Below are positions 39,917-51,178 of a stretch of 64,000 bases of DNA, piece after piece. Positions within the stretch are counted from its first letter, which is position 1. The number at the start of each line of letters is the position of its first letter. Source of the stretch: Thermoanaerobaculia bacterium (GTDB lineage: Bacteria > Acidobacteriota > Thermoanaerobaculia > UBA5066). The stretch covers positions 2,944,001 through 3,008,000 of the forward strand of contig CAVRAY010000001.1 of NCBI GenBank assembly GCA_963719225.1, in the 5' to 3' direction. The notes beneath the pieces were generated by a model. It was given only the letters and a program-made list of their open reading frames with translations, searched no databases and was not told the DNA's origin. Both the position numbers and the translations under genes were made by a program.

Positions 39917-41356
39917 ATGCAATCAGGCGACCGCGCGGAGCGCGAGTACCGGCGGCGCCGCGTCGCGCACTGGAATGCGCTCGCCCGCCGCACCGACGCG
40001 GGCCGCGGCTGGGGCGCCTACTACCACGAGCGGCTCGCGCGGCTTCTCCGGATGCAGATCTCGCCCGGGCTGCGCGTCCTCGAGATCGGCTGCGCGCGCG
40101 GCGACCTGCTCGCAGCGCTCGAGCCCGGTTTCGGGGTCGGGATCGATTTCTCCCGCGAGACGATCGCGCGCGCCCGTCGCGCGCATCCGCACCTCGCCTT
40201 CGTGGAGGCCGATGCGCACGCGGTCCCGCTCGCGGGGCCGTTCGACGTCATCGTGCTTTCGGACCTCGTGAACGACGCGTGGGACGTCCAGCGGATCTTC
40301 TCGGAGGTCCGGCGCCTGAGCGGTCGCGCGACGCGCATCCTCGTGAACGTCTACAGCCGCGTTTGGGAGCTGCCGCTCGCGATCGCGGGCTCCCTCGGCA
40401 TCGCCCGTCCGAACCTGGCGCAGAACTGGCTCACCGTCGAGGACCTCACGCACCTCTGTGAGCTGACCGGCCTCGAGGTCGTGCGCCGCCGGGAGGAGTT
40501 CCTCCTGCCTTTGCCCGTGCCGTTACTCGCACCGTTCGCGAACCGGGTCCTCGGGCGCCTCTGGCCGTTTCGGCTGTTCGCGCTCACGAACGTCCTCGTC
40601 GCGAGGCTCGTGCCGCGCCTTCGGCCCGACGATCCGCCGCCCCGCGTGTCCGTCGTCGTGCCCGCCCGCAACGAGGCCGAGAACATCGCCGAAATCTTCG
40701 ACCGCGTGCCACGGATGGGCGCGGGCACGGAGCTCGTGTTCGTGGAAGGCCACTCCGGCGACGCGACGTACGACAGGATTGCCGCGGAGATCGCACATCG
40801 GCCGGGCATGGCCTGCCAGCTCCACCGGCAGACCGGCGTCGGGAAGGGAGATGCGGTGCGCCTGGGCTTCGCGCACGCGACCGGGGACGTCTTCATGATC
40901 CTCGACGCCGATCTGACCGTGCCGCCCGAGGACCTGCCGCGCTTCTACGAGGCGCTCGTCGAGGGCAAGGGCGAGTTCGTGAACGGCGTGCGCCTCGTCT
41001 ACCCGATGGAGGAGCGCGCGATGCGCTTCCTCAACCTCATCGGGAACAAGTTCTTCAGCCTCGCGTTTTCGCGCGTTCTCGGCCAGCCGGTCAAGGACAC
41101 GCTCTGCGGGACGAAGGTCCTGAGCCGCACCGACTACGAGCGCATCGCGGCGAATCGCGCGGCGTTCGGCGACTTCGACCCCTTCGGGGACTTCGACCTT
41201 CTGTTCGGCGCCTCCCGTCTCAATCTCAAGATCGTGGATTTGCCGATCCGCTATCGCGAGCGCCGTTACGGGACGACGAACATCGACCGCTGGCGACATG
41301 GCGCTCTCCTCTTCCGGATGCTCGGCTTCGCGGCGACGCGTCTCTGGATGGTCTGA
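39917..41356 (+). CDS. Bifunctional class I SAM methyltransferase / GT2 glycosyltransferase
   Basis: N-terminal VLEIGCARG; C-terminal VVVPARNE, ILDADLTVPPEDL, DTLCGTK. Confidence 0.9.
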   Translation: MQSGDRAEREYRRRRVAHWNALARRTDAGRGWGAYYHERLARLLRMQISPGLRVLEIGCARGDLLAALEPGFGVGIDFSRETIARARRAHPHLAFVEADAHAVPLAGPFDVIVLSDLVNDAWDVQRIFSEVRRLSGRATRILVNVYSRVWELPLAIAGSLGIARPNLAQNWLTVEDLTHLCELTGLEVVRRREEFLLPLPVPLLAPFANRVLGRLWPFRLFALTNVLVARLVPRLRPDDPPPRVSVVVPARNEAENIAEIFDRVPRMGAGTELVFVEGHSGDATYDRIAAEIAHRPGMACQLHRQTGVGKGDAVRLGFAHATGDVFMILDADLTVPPEDLPRFYEALVEGKGEFVNGVRLVYPMEERAMRFLNLIGNKFFSLAFSRVLGQPVKDTLCGTKVLSRTDYERIAANRAAFGDFDPFGDFDLLFGASRLNLKIVDLPIRYRERRYGTTNIDRWRHGALLFRMLGFAATRLWMV

Positions 41357-41359
41357 CCG

Positions 41360-42139
41360 ATGCGCACCTTCGTCGCGCGACTGCTCGCCGAGCCGCGCGC
41401 GCGGGATCTCGAGCTGGACGACCCCGCCACGACGGTGGCGCGGCGCTCGATCATCGCCGGCAAGCCGCCGCTCCGCCGCATCTACGAGGAGTGGTACGAC
41501 GACCTCGCGGCGCAACTGCCCGCGGGACCCGGAGCCGTTCTCGAGCTGGGGTCCGGGCCCGGGTTCCTGGCAGAGCGGATTCCGGAGGTCGTCACCTCCG
41601 AGGTGTTCGTGTGTGCGGGCCTCCGCGGCGCCCTGGACGCGCGCGCTCTCCCCTTCCGCCCCGGGGCGCTGCGGGCCATCCTCATGACCGACGTCTTCCA
41701 TCACGTGCCCGATGCGGCGCTCTTCCTGCGCGAGGCCTCGAAGGCGCTTCGCCCGGGCGGGCGCATCATCATGGTGGAACCTTGGGTCACGCCCTGGTCG
41801 CGCTTCGTCTACGGGACTTTCCACCACGAGCCGTTCGACCCAGGGAGCAAGGACTGGACGTTTCCCGGGGGCGGGCCGCTCTCGGCGGCGAACGGTGCCT
41901 TGCCCTGGATCGTCTTCTCCCGCGACCGCGAGCGTTTCCGGCGCGAGTTTCCGTCGCTGCGCGTCGTCGACGTCGCCCCGCGGCTTCCCTTCCGCTACCT
42001 TCTTTCCGGCGGACTTTCGATGCGATCCCTCGTCCCACGAACTGCCTTCGAATGGATCGCACGCGCCGAAGCGCGGCTCGGGCGGCGCGCCGCCGAGAGA
42101 TGGGCGATGTTCGCGCGGATCGTCGTCGAACGGGTCTGA
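41360..42139 (+). CDS. Class I SAM-dependent methyltransferase
   Basis: VLELGSGPG, DARALPF, DVFHHVPD, LRPGG. Confidence 0.9.
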   Translation: MRTFVARLLAEPRARDLELDDPATTVARRSIIAGKPPLRRIYEEWYDDLAAQLPAGPGAVLELGSGPGFLAERIPEVVTSEVFVCAGLRGALDARALPFRPGALRAILMTDVFHHVPDAALFLREASKALRPGGRIIMVEPWVTPWSRFVYGTFHHEPFDPGSKDWTFPGGGPLSAANGALPWIVFSRDRERFRREFPSLRVVDVAPRLPFRYLLSGGLSMRSLVPRTAFEWIARAEARLGRRAAERWAMFARIVVERV

Positions 42140-42158
42140 CTCGGAGGCGTCCCGGCCC

Positions 42159-42890
42159 TCAGCGGTCCGCGGGACGCCGGGCGCGGATCCACAACGATCC
42201 GGCGAGCTCGCGCACGAGGGGAAGCCTCTCGAGCCCGAGACCGACGCGTTTCACGGACGCGATCATCGATTCCGGCGTGGAGGGATGCAGCCAATCGAAA
42301 GGGGTGATCTCGATATTTTCGAATCCTGTCCGCGACAGGACTCCCGCGAGGCGCCAGCGCACGAAAGCCGTTTCATCCGGCGACACGTAGGGAAACCATC
42401 GTCGAAATCTGCGTTCCGCGAAGACCTGCGGATTGAGCATGTTGGGTTCGGCAAAGCTCATCCTCCCGCCCGGCCTCAGGAGCGCGAATATCTTCGCGAA
42501 CGATTCATTCGAATCGAGGTGATGGAGAATCGACGAGCCGATGACGGCGTCGAAGGGCCCGTCGACCTCGCAATCCTCGAAGCGCTTCTCGAGGAACACG
42601 ACCCGCTCCGGCAGCCGTCGTGCGAAGGCCTTCTGGAGCAAGTCGCCCGAGATGTCCACGGCCACGAGCCGCGCGCCCGTTTGCGCGAACCGCTCGGTGA
42701 ACATCCCCGTGCCGCAGCCGATTTCCAGCGCGCGGGTTTGGGGACCGAGGTTTCCGCCCCTGATGATCAGGTCCGCGCGTCTGTCGGCGCGCTGGCGGCC
42801 CGCGGGGGTGTTCCAGCCCCAGATTTCTTCCGTCTCGAGGTCGGCGAGCCTCTTGCCATGTTCGATTTCGTGTCGCGCCCGCGAGCTCAT
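42159..42890 (-). CDS. Class I SAM-dependent methyltransferase
   Basis: ALEIGCGTG, VDIS, SILHHL, LRPGG.MSFAEPN; ATGA overlap start. Confidence 0.9.
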   Translation of the reverse strand: MSSRARHEIEHGKRLADLETEEIWGWNTPAGRQRADRRADLIIRGGNLGPQTRALEIGCGTGMFTERFAQTGARLVAVDISGDLLQKAFARRLPERVVFLEKRFEDCEVDGPFDAVIGSSILHHLDSNESFAKIFALLRPGGRMSFAEPNMLNPQVFAERRFRRWFPYVSPDETAFVRWRLAGVLSRTGFENIEITPFDWLHPSTPESMIASVKRVGLGLERLPLVRELAGSLWIRARRPADR

Positions 42891-44023
42891 TCTGGATCCA
42901 GCTTTCCCGCTCGCCGAAGTCCGATTCCGGGTTCGGCAGCCAGGTGCTTCGCGATGAGGTGCGCGGCGATCCGGTGACCGGCGACATTCCAGTGAAAGTC
43001 GGACGGAGGGAACACGGCAACACCTTTCGCCTCGGCCGCCCGCAATTCGTCGAGAGGCTCGATGACGTCGATGGCCTCCTTCCGGCACAAGCGAATGAGT
43101 GCCGCGTACGTCGCGTCATCCTGCGCGCGGCATGGAAGGGGGGCCGTCGGCCGGACCTGACAGACAGAAGGGATCGCGAGCACGAGGAACCGGATGCCTC
43201 GCTCTTCACAGACACGCCTCGTTTCGTCGAGGATCGCCCCCGTCTCCAGCTCGGCCGGAGGCGGGTGCGGCCCCGACCTGCTGCTCAGCCGGGCGCGCCG
43301 GAGGGGCGTCAGATCCGGGGTGCGGAAGAAGCCGCGGTCGAGCCACTGCCACGCCGCGAGAATCAACCGCGGAGTGAGGAGATGTCTCCGAAAGAAAGAG
43401 CGCAGGGCCGTCAGACCGCCCGTCGGCGGAGCCGCGATCGGGACGCCCTTCAGAACGAGGCGACCGCCCTCCAGCACGTACCGGGGGCGGGGATATCCGA
43501 ACATGCTGTCGCTCGCGTTGTCCGCGAAGTCGTTGAGGTAGAACCCGAGTGTCACGACGTCCGGGTGATACCGGAATCCCTCCCGCTCCAGCCACACCAG
43601 CTCCTGAGCCGTTCCCCATGCGCAAACCCCCGCGTTGATGGCCTCGACGCCTTCGAGTTCGCGCTCGAGGACCTTCGGGTACGTCTCGCCGTCTCCGACT
43701 CTCCATCCCCACGTCAAGGAGTCGCCCAGGCAAAGGACGCGACGCGCGTCCCGGCGCGCGGGCTCGATCTCCCGATCTCGCAGACCTCTCGAGTTGATTC
43801 GGGCGAACAAGTCGGGCTGACCGACCTCTCGCATCGGGCCCTTGACGCCAGGACGACCCGACCACCCCACCCAGGGATCGAATTGCGAGAATTCCGCCGT
43901 GTCGATCGGCTTGGGAGTGACGAGCCGGATGAGGCCTTCACTCAGGACGAGGGCGACGATTGAACCGATCGCGAGGGCGGCGACGCGCAACAGGATCTCC
44001 CGCGCGGAGCGGCGCGACGGCAT
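42887..44023 (-). CDS. SGNH/GDSL hydrolase family protein (possible glycan O-acyltransferase subunit)
   Basis: LCLGDSLTWG, INAGV, YLNDF, DFHWN catalytic blocks; N-terminal TM anchor. Confidence 0.88.
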   Translation of the reverse strand: MPSRRSAREILLRVAALAIGSIVALVLSEGLIRLVTPKPIDTAEFSQFDPWVGWSGRPGVKGPMREVGQPDLFARINSRGLRDREIEPARRDARRVLCLGDSLTWGWRVGDGETYPKVLERELEGVEAINAGVCAWGTAQELVWLEREGFRYHPDVVTLGFYLNDFADNASDSMFGYPRPRYVLEGGRLVLKGVPIAAPPTGGLTALRSFFRRHLLTPRLILAAWQWLDRGFFRTPDLTPLRRARLSSRSGPHPPPAELETGAILDETRRVCEERGIRFLVLAIPSVCQVRPTAPLPCRAQDDATYAALIRLCRKEAIDVIEPLDELRAAEAKGVAVFPPSDFHWNVAGHRIAAHLIAKHLAAEPGIGLRRAGKLDPE

Positions 44024-44081
44024 CGAAGCAACATCTTAACGCCGCCCAGGCGCCACTCCTCCGCGATCAGGAACCGAAAGG

Positions 44082-44114
44082 AAAGAGAAAAGGCCCGGCG
44101 TTTCCGCCGGGCCC
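44082..44114 (-). terminator. Rho-independent terminator of groES-groEL
   Basis: Minus strand GGGCCCGGCG-GAAA-CGCCGGGCCT followed by TTTCTCTTT. Confidence 0.85.
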
Positions 44115-44140
44115 GAATTGCATCGATGAGAGGGGGCAGG

Positions 44141-45796
<1,656 letters not shown>

Positions 45797-46090
45797 TTAC
45801 TTCGTTTCGACGATCGCGAGCACTTCGTCCTCGCGGAGGATGAGGAGCTCTTCGTCTTCGATCTTGATTTCGGTGCCGGCGTACTTGCCGATCAGGATGC
45901 GGTCGCCTTTCTTCACGTCGAGCGGAATCCGCTTGCCGTTGTCGTCGAACTTGCCTTCGCCGACGGCCTCGACCTTGGCCTCCATGGGCTTCTCCTTGGC
46001 GGTGTCGGGGATGATGATTCCGCCACGCACCTGCTCCTTGGCCTCGATGCGCTTGACGAGAATCCGGTCATAGAGGGGACGAACTTTCAT
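45797..46090 (-). CDS. groS: Co-chaperonin GroES
   Basis: [14 protein letters not shown]...[13 protein letters not shown]; AAGGAG RBS before ATG 46090. Confidence 0.98.
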   Translation of the reverse strand: MKVRPLYDRILVKRIEAKEQVRGGIIIPDTAKEKPMEAKVEAVGEGKFDDNGKRIPLDVKKGDRILIGKYAGTEIKIEDEELLILREDEVLAIVETK

Positions 46091-46187
46091 GGGACGCTCC
46101 TTTCGGTTCTTCGGACGCCGCGCGAGGCGAATGGCTCGCCGACGCCCTGGTTTTGACTCTCTATTCTTGTTCCCGCCGGTCGCTTTG

Positions 46188-46214
46188 TTAGCAGTCAAAG
46201 CCGGCGAGTGCCAG
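46188..46214 (-). promoter_or_regulatory. CIRCE element (HrcA operator)
   Basis: TTAGCAGTC-N9-GAGTGCCAG versus consensus TTAGCACTC-N9-GAGTGCTAA, directly downstream of the groES -10. Confidence 0.9.
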
Positions 46215-46215
46215 A

Positions 46216-46244
46216 AATCTATCCTCCGCTGACAAATCTGTCAA
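46216..46244 (-). promoter_or_regulatory. Sigma70 promoter of groES-groEL
   Basis: TTGACA (46244-46239), 17 nt, TAGATT (46221-46216); AT-rich upstream tract. Confidence 0.8.
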
Positions 46245-46303
46245 GCAGATCTATAGATATTGTATAAATTGTTGATCCAGAATGGATTAATAATGAGATT
46301 TTT

Positions 46304-47458
46304 CTAGGATTCGCGAGAGAACGAGGCGAGCGTGGACGCGAGCGTGCTCTTCTGCTCGGCCGAGAGCTCGGGAAAAACCGGGAGGGCGAGCGTCTCGTTC
46401 GCCGCCTTCTCGGCCTCGGGACAGTCTCCCGGGCGCCCGCCGAGAGAGGCGAAACACTCCTGGAGGTGCAACGGCACGGGATAGTAGATCGCGTTTCCGA
46501 TCTGCCTTTCGTCGAGGAGCTTCTTCAAGGCGTCGCGCCGGCCCTTCCCCACGCGTACGACGAACTGGTTGAAGACGTGCTCGCGCTCGGCCGCTTGCCG
46601 CGGAAAGCTCAGGCCCCCCGCCTCGTAATCCCGCCCGCCCGCGTCGCGGTACAGCTTTTCGATCTCGGCCGCGTTCGCACGCCGCGCGCGCGCCCAGCCG
46701 TCGAGGTGCGGCAGCTTCACGTGCAGGATCGCGGCCTGCAGCGCGTCGAGCCGGAAGTTCCCGCCCACGAGCCTGTGGTGATAGCGCGACGTCTCGCCGT
46801 GCATCCGCAAGGCGCGGAGGCGTGCGGCGTGCGCGTCGTCCTGTGTCGTCACCATGCCGCCGTCGCCGAACCCGCCGAGGTTCTTGGAGGGAAAAAAGGA
46901 GAAGGCGCCGAACTCGCCGAGCGCTCCCGCCTTGACGCCCTTGTAGGCCGCTCCGAGCGATTGGCAGGCGTCCTCGAGGACGGGGATCCCCTTACGCTTC
47001 GCCACGTCGCGAATCGGATCCATGTCCGCGCACTGGCCGTAGAGATGGACGGGCTGGATGAGCTTCGTCCGCGGCGTGATCGCCTTCTCGAGCTTCGAAG
47101 CGTCCAGGTTGAACGTTTCCGGCTCGATGTCGACGAAGACCGCCCGCGCGCCCAGCCTCGCGACGGCGCCGGCCGTCGAGAAGAACGAGTAGGGGGACGT
47201 CACGACGTCGTCGCCCGGGCCGACGCCGAGCGCCATCATGACCGCGAGCTGCGCGTCGGTGCCCGAGGACATCCCGATGGCGTGCCGCACGCCGACGTAC
47301 GAGGCGACCGCCTTCTCGAAGGCCTCGACGCGCGGACCCAGGATGAAGTACTGGCTCTCGAAGACTTCGGCCGTCGCGCGCAGGATTTCCTCGCGGATCG
47401 TCGCGTACTGTTTCTTCAGATCGAGGAGCGGTACGGGAACGGCGGTCACAGTGGTCAC
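46304..47458 (-). CDS. DegT/DnrJ/EryC1/StrS family aminotransferase
   Basis: SSGTDA, PVHLYGQ, EDACQS, FSFFPSKNLGGFGDGG, NFRLDALQAA. Confidence 0.94.
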   Translation of the reverse strand: MTTVTAVPVPLLDLKKQYATIREEILRATAEVFESQYFILGPRVEAFEKAVASYVGVRHAIGMSSGTDAQLAVMMALGVGPGDDVVTSPYSFFSTAGAVARLGARAVFVDIEPETFNLDASKLEKAITPRTKLIQPVHLYGQCADMDPIRDVAKRKGIPVLEDACQSLGAAYKGVKAGALGEFGAFSFFPSKNLGGFGDGGMVTTQDDAHAARLRALRMHGETSRYHHRLVGGNFRLDALQAAILHVKLPHLDGWARARRANAAEIEKLYRDAGGRDYEAGGLSFPRQAAEREHVFNQFVVRVGKGRRDALKKLLDERQIGNAIYYPVPLHLQECFASLGGRPGDCPEAEKAANETLALPVFPELSAEQKSTLASTLASFSRES

Positions 47459-47469
47459 GGCAGGCGAGG

Positions 47470-48489
47470 CTACACCAGCCCTCGATTCACGAGCTCCGCC
47501 TTCATCCAGGCATAGACGACCGGCGCGAGCACGACTCCCGGAATCCCGAAGGCCGCCTCGAAAACGAGGATCGCGAGGAGCGTCTCCCATGCGGACGCGC
47601 CGATGCGCCCGCCCACGATCTTCGCGTTGAGCAGGTACTCGAGCTTGTGGATGAGGACGAGGAACGCGAGCGATACGGCCGCGACCCAGGGCGCCACGCC
47701 GAGGGAGACGAGGACGATCACCGTGTTCGAGACGAGGTTTCCGGCCACGGGAATGAGACCGCAAAGAAAGGTGATCGCGACGAGCGTGCCTGCCAGCGGA
47801 AGCCGCGCACCCAAGGCCGGCAGGATCGCGAAAACGAAGAGCGCCGTCAGGATCGTGTTGACTGCGGAAATTTCGATCTGGGCCTTCGCGACGGAACGGA
47901 AGCTGTCGCCGAAGCGGACGAGCCTCTCCTGGAGCTGCGCCGCGAGCCGCCCTGGGACGCTCTTCGGTGCGCGGAAGAAGACGAGCACGCCGACGACGGC
48001 GCCCAGCAGCGCATGCACCAGGCCGCGTGCGCCGACGGTTCCCGCGTGGCGCAGCTCGCCCGCATGCTCGCGCAACCAGTCTCCGACGGCCTCAGTCGAT
48101 CCTCCGGGGCCGGGGAGCGGAAGGGGAAGGCCGGCCTCTTCGAGGGTCTCCCTCAAGCGCGCGAGCGTGTCCCCCATCCTCTCGAGCACAGCCGGAAGGT
48201 CGCCGATCCGCCCGCGGACGAAGCCGTAGAGAAGGATGATCGCGAGGGCGACGAGACCCGCCGCGACGAGGCCGAGGAGGCCCGCCGCGAGCGCACGCGC
48301 GAGGCCGTGCGAGACGCGCCCGCCACGCAGCCGACGTGCCATCGATTGGAGAAGAGCCCATGCGAGGAATCCTGCGAGGAGCGCCGGCACGAGATGAAGG
48401 ACCAGCACCGCCAGAAGGGCGAGCGCGGAGAGGACGAATGACGCCCGTTCGTACGGAACGGGGCGGGCAACCGCAGGGGCATCACTCAT
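47470..48489 (-). CDS. AI-2E family transporter
   Basis: AQIEISAVNTILT, GLIPVAGNL, HKLEYLLNAKIVG, EAAFGIPG. Confidence 0.88.
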   Translation of the reverse strand: MSDAPAVARPVPYERASFVLSALALLAVLVLHLVPALLAGFLAWALLQSMARRLRGGRVSHGLARALAAGLLGLVAAGLVALAIILLYGFVRGRIGDLPAVLERMGDTLARLRETLEEAGLPLPLPGPGGSTEAVGDWLREHAGELRHAGTVGARGLVHALLGAVVGVLVFFRAPKSVPGRLAAQLQERLVRFGDSFRSVAKAQIEISAVNTILTALFVFAILPALGARLPLAGTLVAITFLCGLIPVAGNLVSNTVIVLVSLGVAPWVAAVSLAFLVLIHKLEYLLNAKIVGGRIGASAWETLLAILVFEAAFGIPGVVLAPVVYAWMKAELVNRGLV

Positions 48490-49862
48490 CGCGCGGGATT
48501 ATCCGATGCCCGGCGAAACACGCCGGCCAGCCGGTCGCACTCGGCGACGAGGGCGTCGCGCCGCGCGCGCAGGCGCGCGATCCCGCCGGGCGCGAACGCG
48601 AGGGCGAGGAGCTCGCGCGCCTGGCTCTCGCGCCAGGACGCGTACTCGAAGAAGAGAAGAGAAGAGATTCCTGCGAATGGAAGAAAGAGGAGGGCCAGGG
48701 CGGCCCAGAGCGCGCCGGCAACTTTCCAGACAGCAGCTGTCTCGAGCGCGAGGAAGAGCGAGAAGAGGATGGTTCCCGCGACCAGCTTGTAGAGCGCGAT
48801 CTGGTCGCGATGCTCCGAGGCGCCCGGCATGCGGTTCGCGATCGCCCCGCACAGGCGGTAGGGCACCCACCACGCAACCACGCCGACGACGGCGACGGGG
48901 AAACCGACAGCGATCACGGCCAGGGCCCTCAGCGTATGAAAGAGAATGGTCCACGCCGAGGGCGGCGAGTCCAGGGAGGACGCAGTCAAAGAGATTCTTC
49001 TTAGAAGGTGGTTGAAGGCGCGGGCACGCCGCGCGACGGAGGCCACGGCGCCGGGTTCTACACGCTTCAGAACCTCGCGCGCGGCGAGGAGAAGCCGGCG
49101 AACGCGGAACGAACGTGCCAACTCGCCCTCCCCCTCTTCACCTTCTAAGAAATCCCCCGTCGTTCCCTCCCCCGTGGTTCTCTTTCCCGGAATCTTCGAC
49201 CCGTAGAGAGCGTCCACCGCCGCGACGACCTCGTGGTCTTCCCAGTCGTCCGCGTTGAGCGTGACGCCGAGAAGCGCCTGCTCGATTGCCTCCGTCCACG
49301 CCTCGACGGTCGGATCGGCCGGGGGCGCAACGGGTGCGCCGATCTTCACGAGCACGTCGGACCGGAATTCCTCCTTCTTCGTGAACCAGAGGCCGATAGG
49401 GACGACCACCGGGGATTTCTTAGAAAGGAGGAGGACGCGGGCGGCCCCGGTGCGCAGCTCCGAGAGGCGCGGGTCCGAGTGTGAGCGTCCTTCGGGGAAG
49501 ATCAGCACGCAGCCGTCGCGCTCCAGCTCGGCCGCGAGCCGCTCGAACGAGCCGCGATTCCTGTCTTCCCCCTTCGAAGGAATCTCCCGGTCCTCCTCCC
49601 CTCTCCTCACGACCGGCACGCAACCGAGGAGGTCAAGAAGGGTTTTCAGCCCGGGAATCTTCCAGAGCGTGGATTTCGCGACGAAGACGACGGGACGTTC
49701 GACGACGCGAAGGACGAGCATCGGGTCGACGAGCCCGTTGTAATGGTTCGCGACGAAGAGGACCGGGCCCCGGTCCGCCACGTTCTCGCGCCCGGTAACC
49801 TCGACGCGCCGGTAGAAGAGATCGACGAGGAAACGGACGAGCCAGACGACGGCGCGCTTCAC
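48486..49862 (-). CDS. Lysophospholipid/glycerol acyltransferase family protein with C-terminal TM helices
   Basis: ANHYNGLVD (HxxxxD), FVAKSTL, IFPEGRSH; GTGA overlap start. Confidence 0.88.
   Translation of the reverse strand: MKRAVVWLVRFLVDLFYRRVEVTGRENVADRGPVLFVANHYNGLVDPMLVLRVVERPVVFVAKSTLWKIPGLKTLLDLLGCVPVVRRGEEDREIPSKGEDRNRGSFERLAAELERDGCVLIFPEGRSHSDPRLSELRTGAARVLLLSKKSPVVVPIGLWFTKKEEFRSDVLVKIGAPVAPPADPTVEAWTEAIEQALLGVTLNADDWEDHEVVAAVDALYGSKIPGKRTTGEGTTGDFLEGEEGEGELARSFRVRRLLLAAREVLKRVEPGAVASVARRARAFNHLLRRISLTASSLDSPPSAWTILFHTLRALAVIAVGFPVAVVGVVAWWVPYRLCGAIANRMPGASEHRDQIALYKLVAGTILFSLFLALETAAVWKVAGALWAALALLFLPFAGISSLLFFEYASWRESQARELLALAFAPGGIARLRARRDALVAECDRLAGVFRRASDNPAR
48998..49426. 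repeat. Three copies of the TTCTWAGAA motif in the acyltransferase gene
   Basis: 48998-49010 (reverse), 49139-49151 (forward), 49416-49426 (reverse); read as HLLRR, DFLEG and LSKKS. Confidence 0.8.
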
Positions 49863-51178
49863 GCAGGAGGCGCCGCGGCCGGGACTCTCGGGAAGCGCAC
49901 CTTGAGGAATGCGCCGATCGCGAAGACGAGGACGACGAAGAGCACGGAGATCCCCGCGCGATATCCCGCCGGACTCTTGTCCGGGAAGAGCGTGAGGGTC
50001 GCCGCCCAGAGGAAGGGCCCGAGCACGGACGCGGCCTCGCCGGCGAGGGTGAAGAACCCGAAGAACTCGGTCGTGCGCTCCTTCGGAACGAGCGCGATGA
50101 GCCCGAGCCTGCCGGTCACCTTGATGCCGCCGAGTCCGATTCCCGCGAGGACGCCGACGATCGTGAAGGTCCTCGGGTCGCGCACGAGGAGCGCGAGGGC
50201 GAAGACGAGCACCCAGTTGCCGAGCGCCACGAGCGTCGCCGTACGGATCGTCACGCGCTGGCAGAGGAAGCCGTAGAGGAGCCCGCCGACGACCGCCACG
50301 GCAGTCGCGACGAGCAGGAGGATCTGCACCTGGGCATCGTTCAGGCCCACGGCATAACGCGAGTACGTCGACATCTGAATCTGGATCGTGTGGATGACGT
50401 CGATGTAGAGGAAGTTCGCGACGAGGAACCAGAGGAGAGAAGGCGTCGAGGGGAGAGAGCGGATGGTATGGAGAACGTCCCGAAGAGGGGATGAAGAGGG
50501 AGAGAGAGATTTCTTGGAAGGGGAAGAGGGGCGGGGCAGGCGCGCAAAGAACAGCAGCGGGACGGCCGCCGCGAGCCACAGCAGCGCCGTCGGCAGATAG
50601 GCGTTCTGGCGCACCCAGGCCGCATTTACATTCGAAGAAACCTGCGTGACCGACAACGCATCGATTACCGGCAAGAGAATGTGAGGCATCTTTAGCCGGA
50701 TCGCGCCCGACACGAACGGCAGGACGAGGAACATGCCCAGGAGCGATCCGAGATACCCCGCCGCCACGCCGAAGCCCGACACGCGCCCGGAGTTGGTCTC
50801 GTCGGACACGTCCGGGAGAAGCGCGTTGTAGAAGACGTAGGCGCACTGGAACGCGATGTTCGCGAACGCGAAAAAGACGAGAAGGCGCGGCACCGGCCCG
50901 GGTGCGGCGACGAGGGCCGTGAAGGCGACTCCCGCGAGGACGAACGGCACGAGGAAGCGCCGCTTCCCCGCCCGGTCCGCGAGGTGTCCCAGGAACGGCG
51001 CCGCCACCGCCACGACCGCCATCGAGAGGCCGAACGCGAGCGAGAACTTTTCGCTTCCGCGGGGCACGCGTCCGGCGATGTCGAGCGGCAGATGCAGAGA
51101 CAGCAGGTTCATCGCGAAGCTCGTCGCCCCGAGCTCGTAGAGGCTCCACGCGAGGACGGTCCCGCCTCGGACCTTCAC
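49859..51178 (-). CDS. MFS transporter (UMF1/Atg22-like)
   Basis: AWSLYELG, APFLGHLADR, FYNALLPDV, GRVSGFG...GYLG, EFFGFF. Confidence 0.88.
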   Translation of the reverse strand: MKVRGGTVLAWSLYELGATSFAMNLLSLHLPLDIAGRVPRGSEKFSLAFGLSMAVVAVAAPFLGHLADRAGKRRFLVPFVLAGVAFTALVAAPGPVPRLLVFFAFANIAFQCAYVFYNALLPDVSDETNSGRVSGFGVAAGYLGSLLGMFLVLPFVSGAIRLKMPHILLPVIDALSVTQVSSNVNAAWVRQNAYLPTALLWLAAAVPLLFFARLPRPSSPSKKSLSPSSSPLRDVLHTIRSLPSTPSLLWFLVANFLYIDVIHTIQIQMSTYSRYAVGLNDAQVQILLLVATAVAVVGGLLYGFLCQRVTIRTATLVALGNWVLVFALALLVRDPRTFTIVGVLAGIGLGGIKVTGRLGLIALVPKERTTEFFGFFTLAGEAASVLGPFLWAATLTLFPDKSPAGYRAGISVLFVVLVFAIGAFLKVRFPRVPAAAPPA

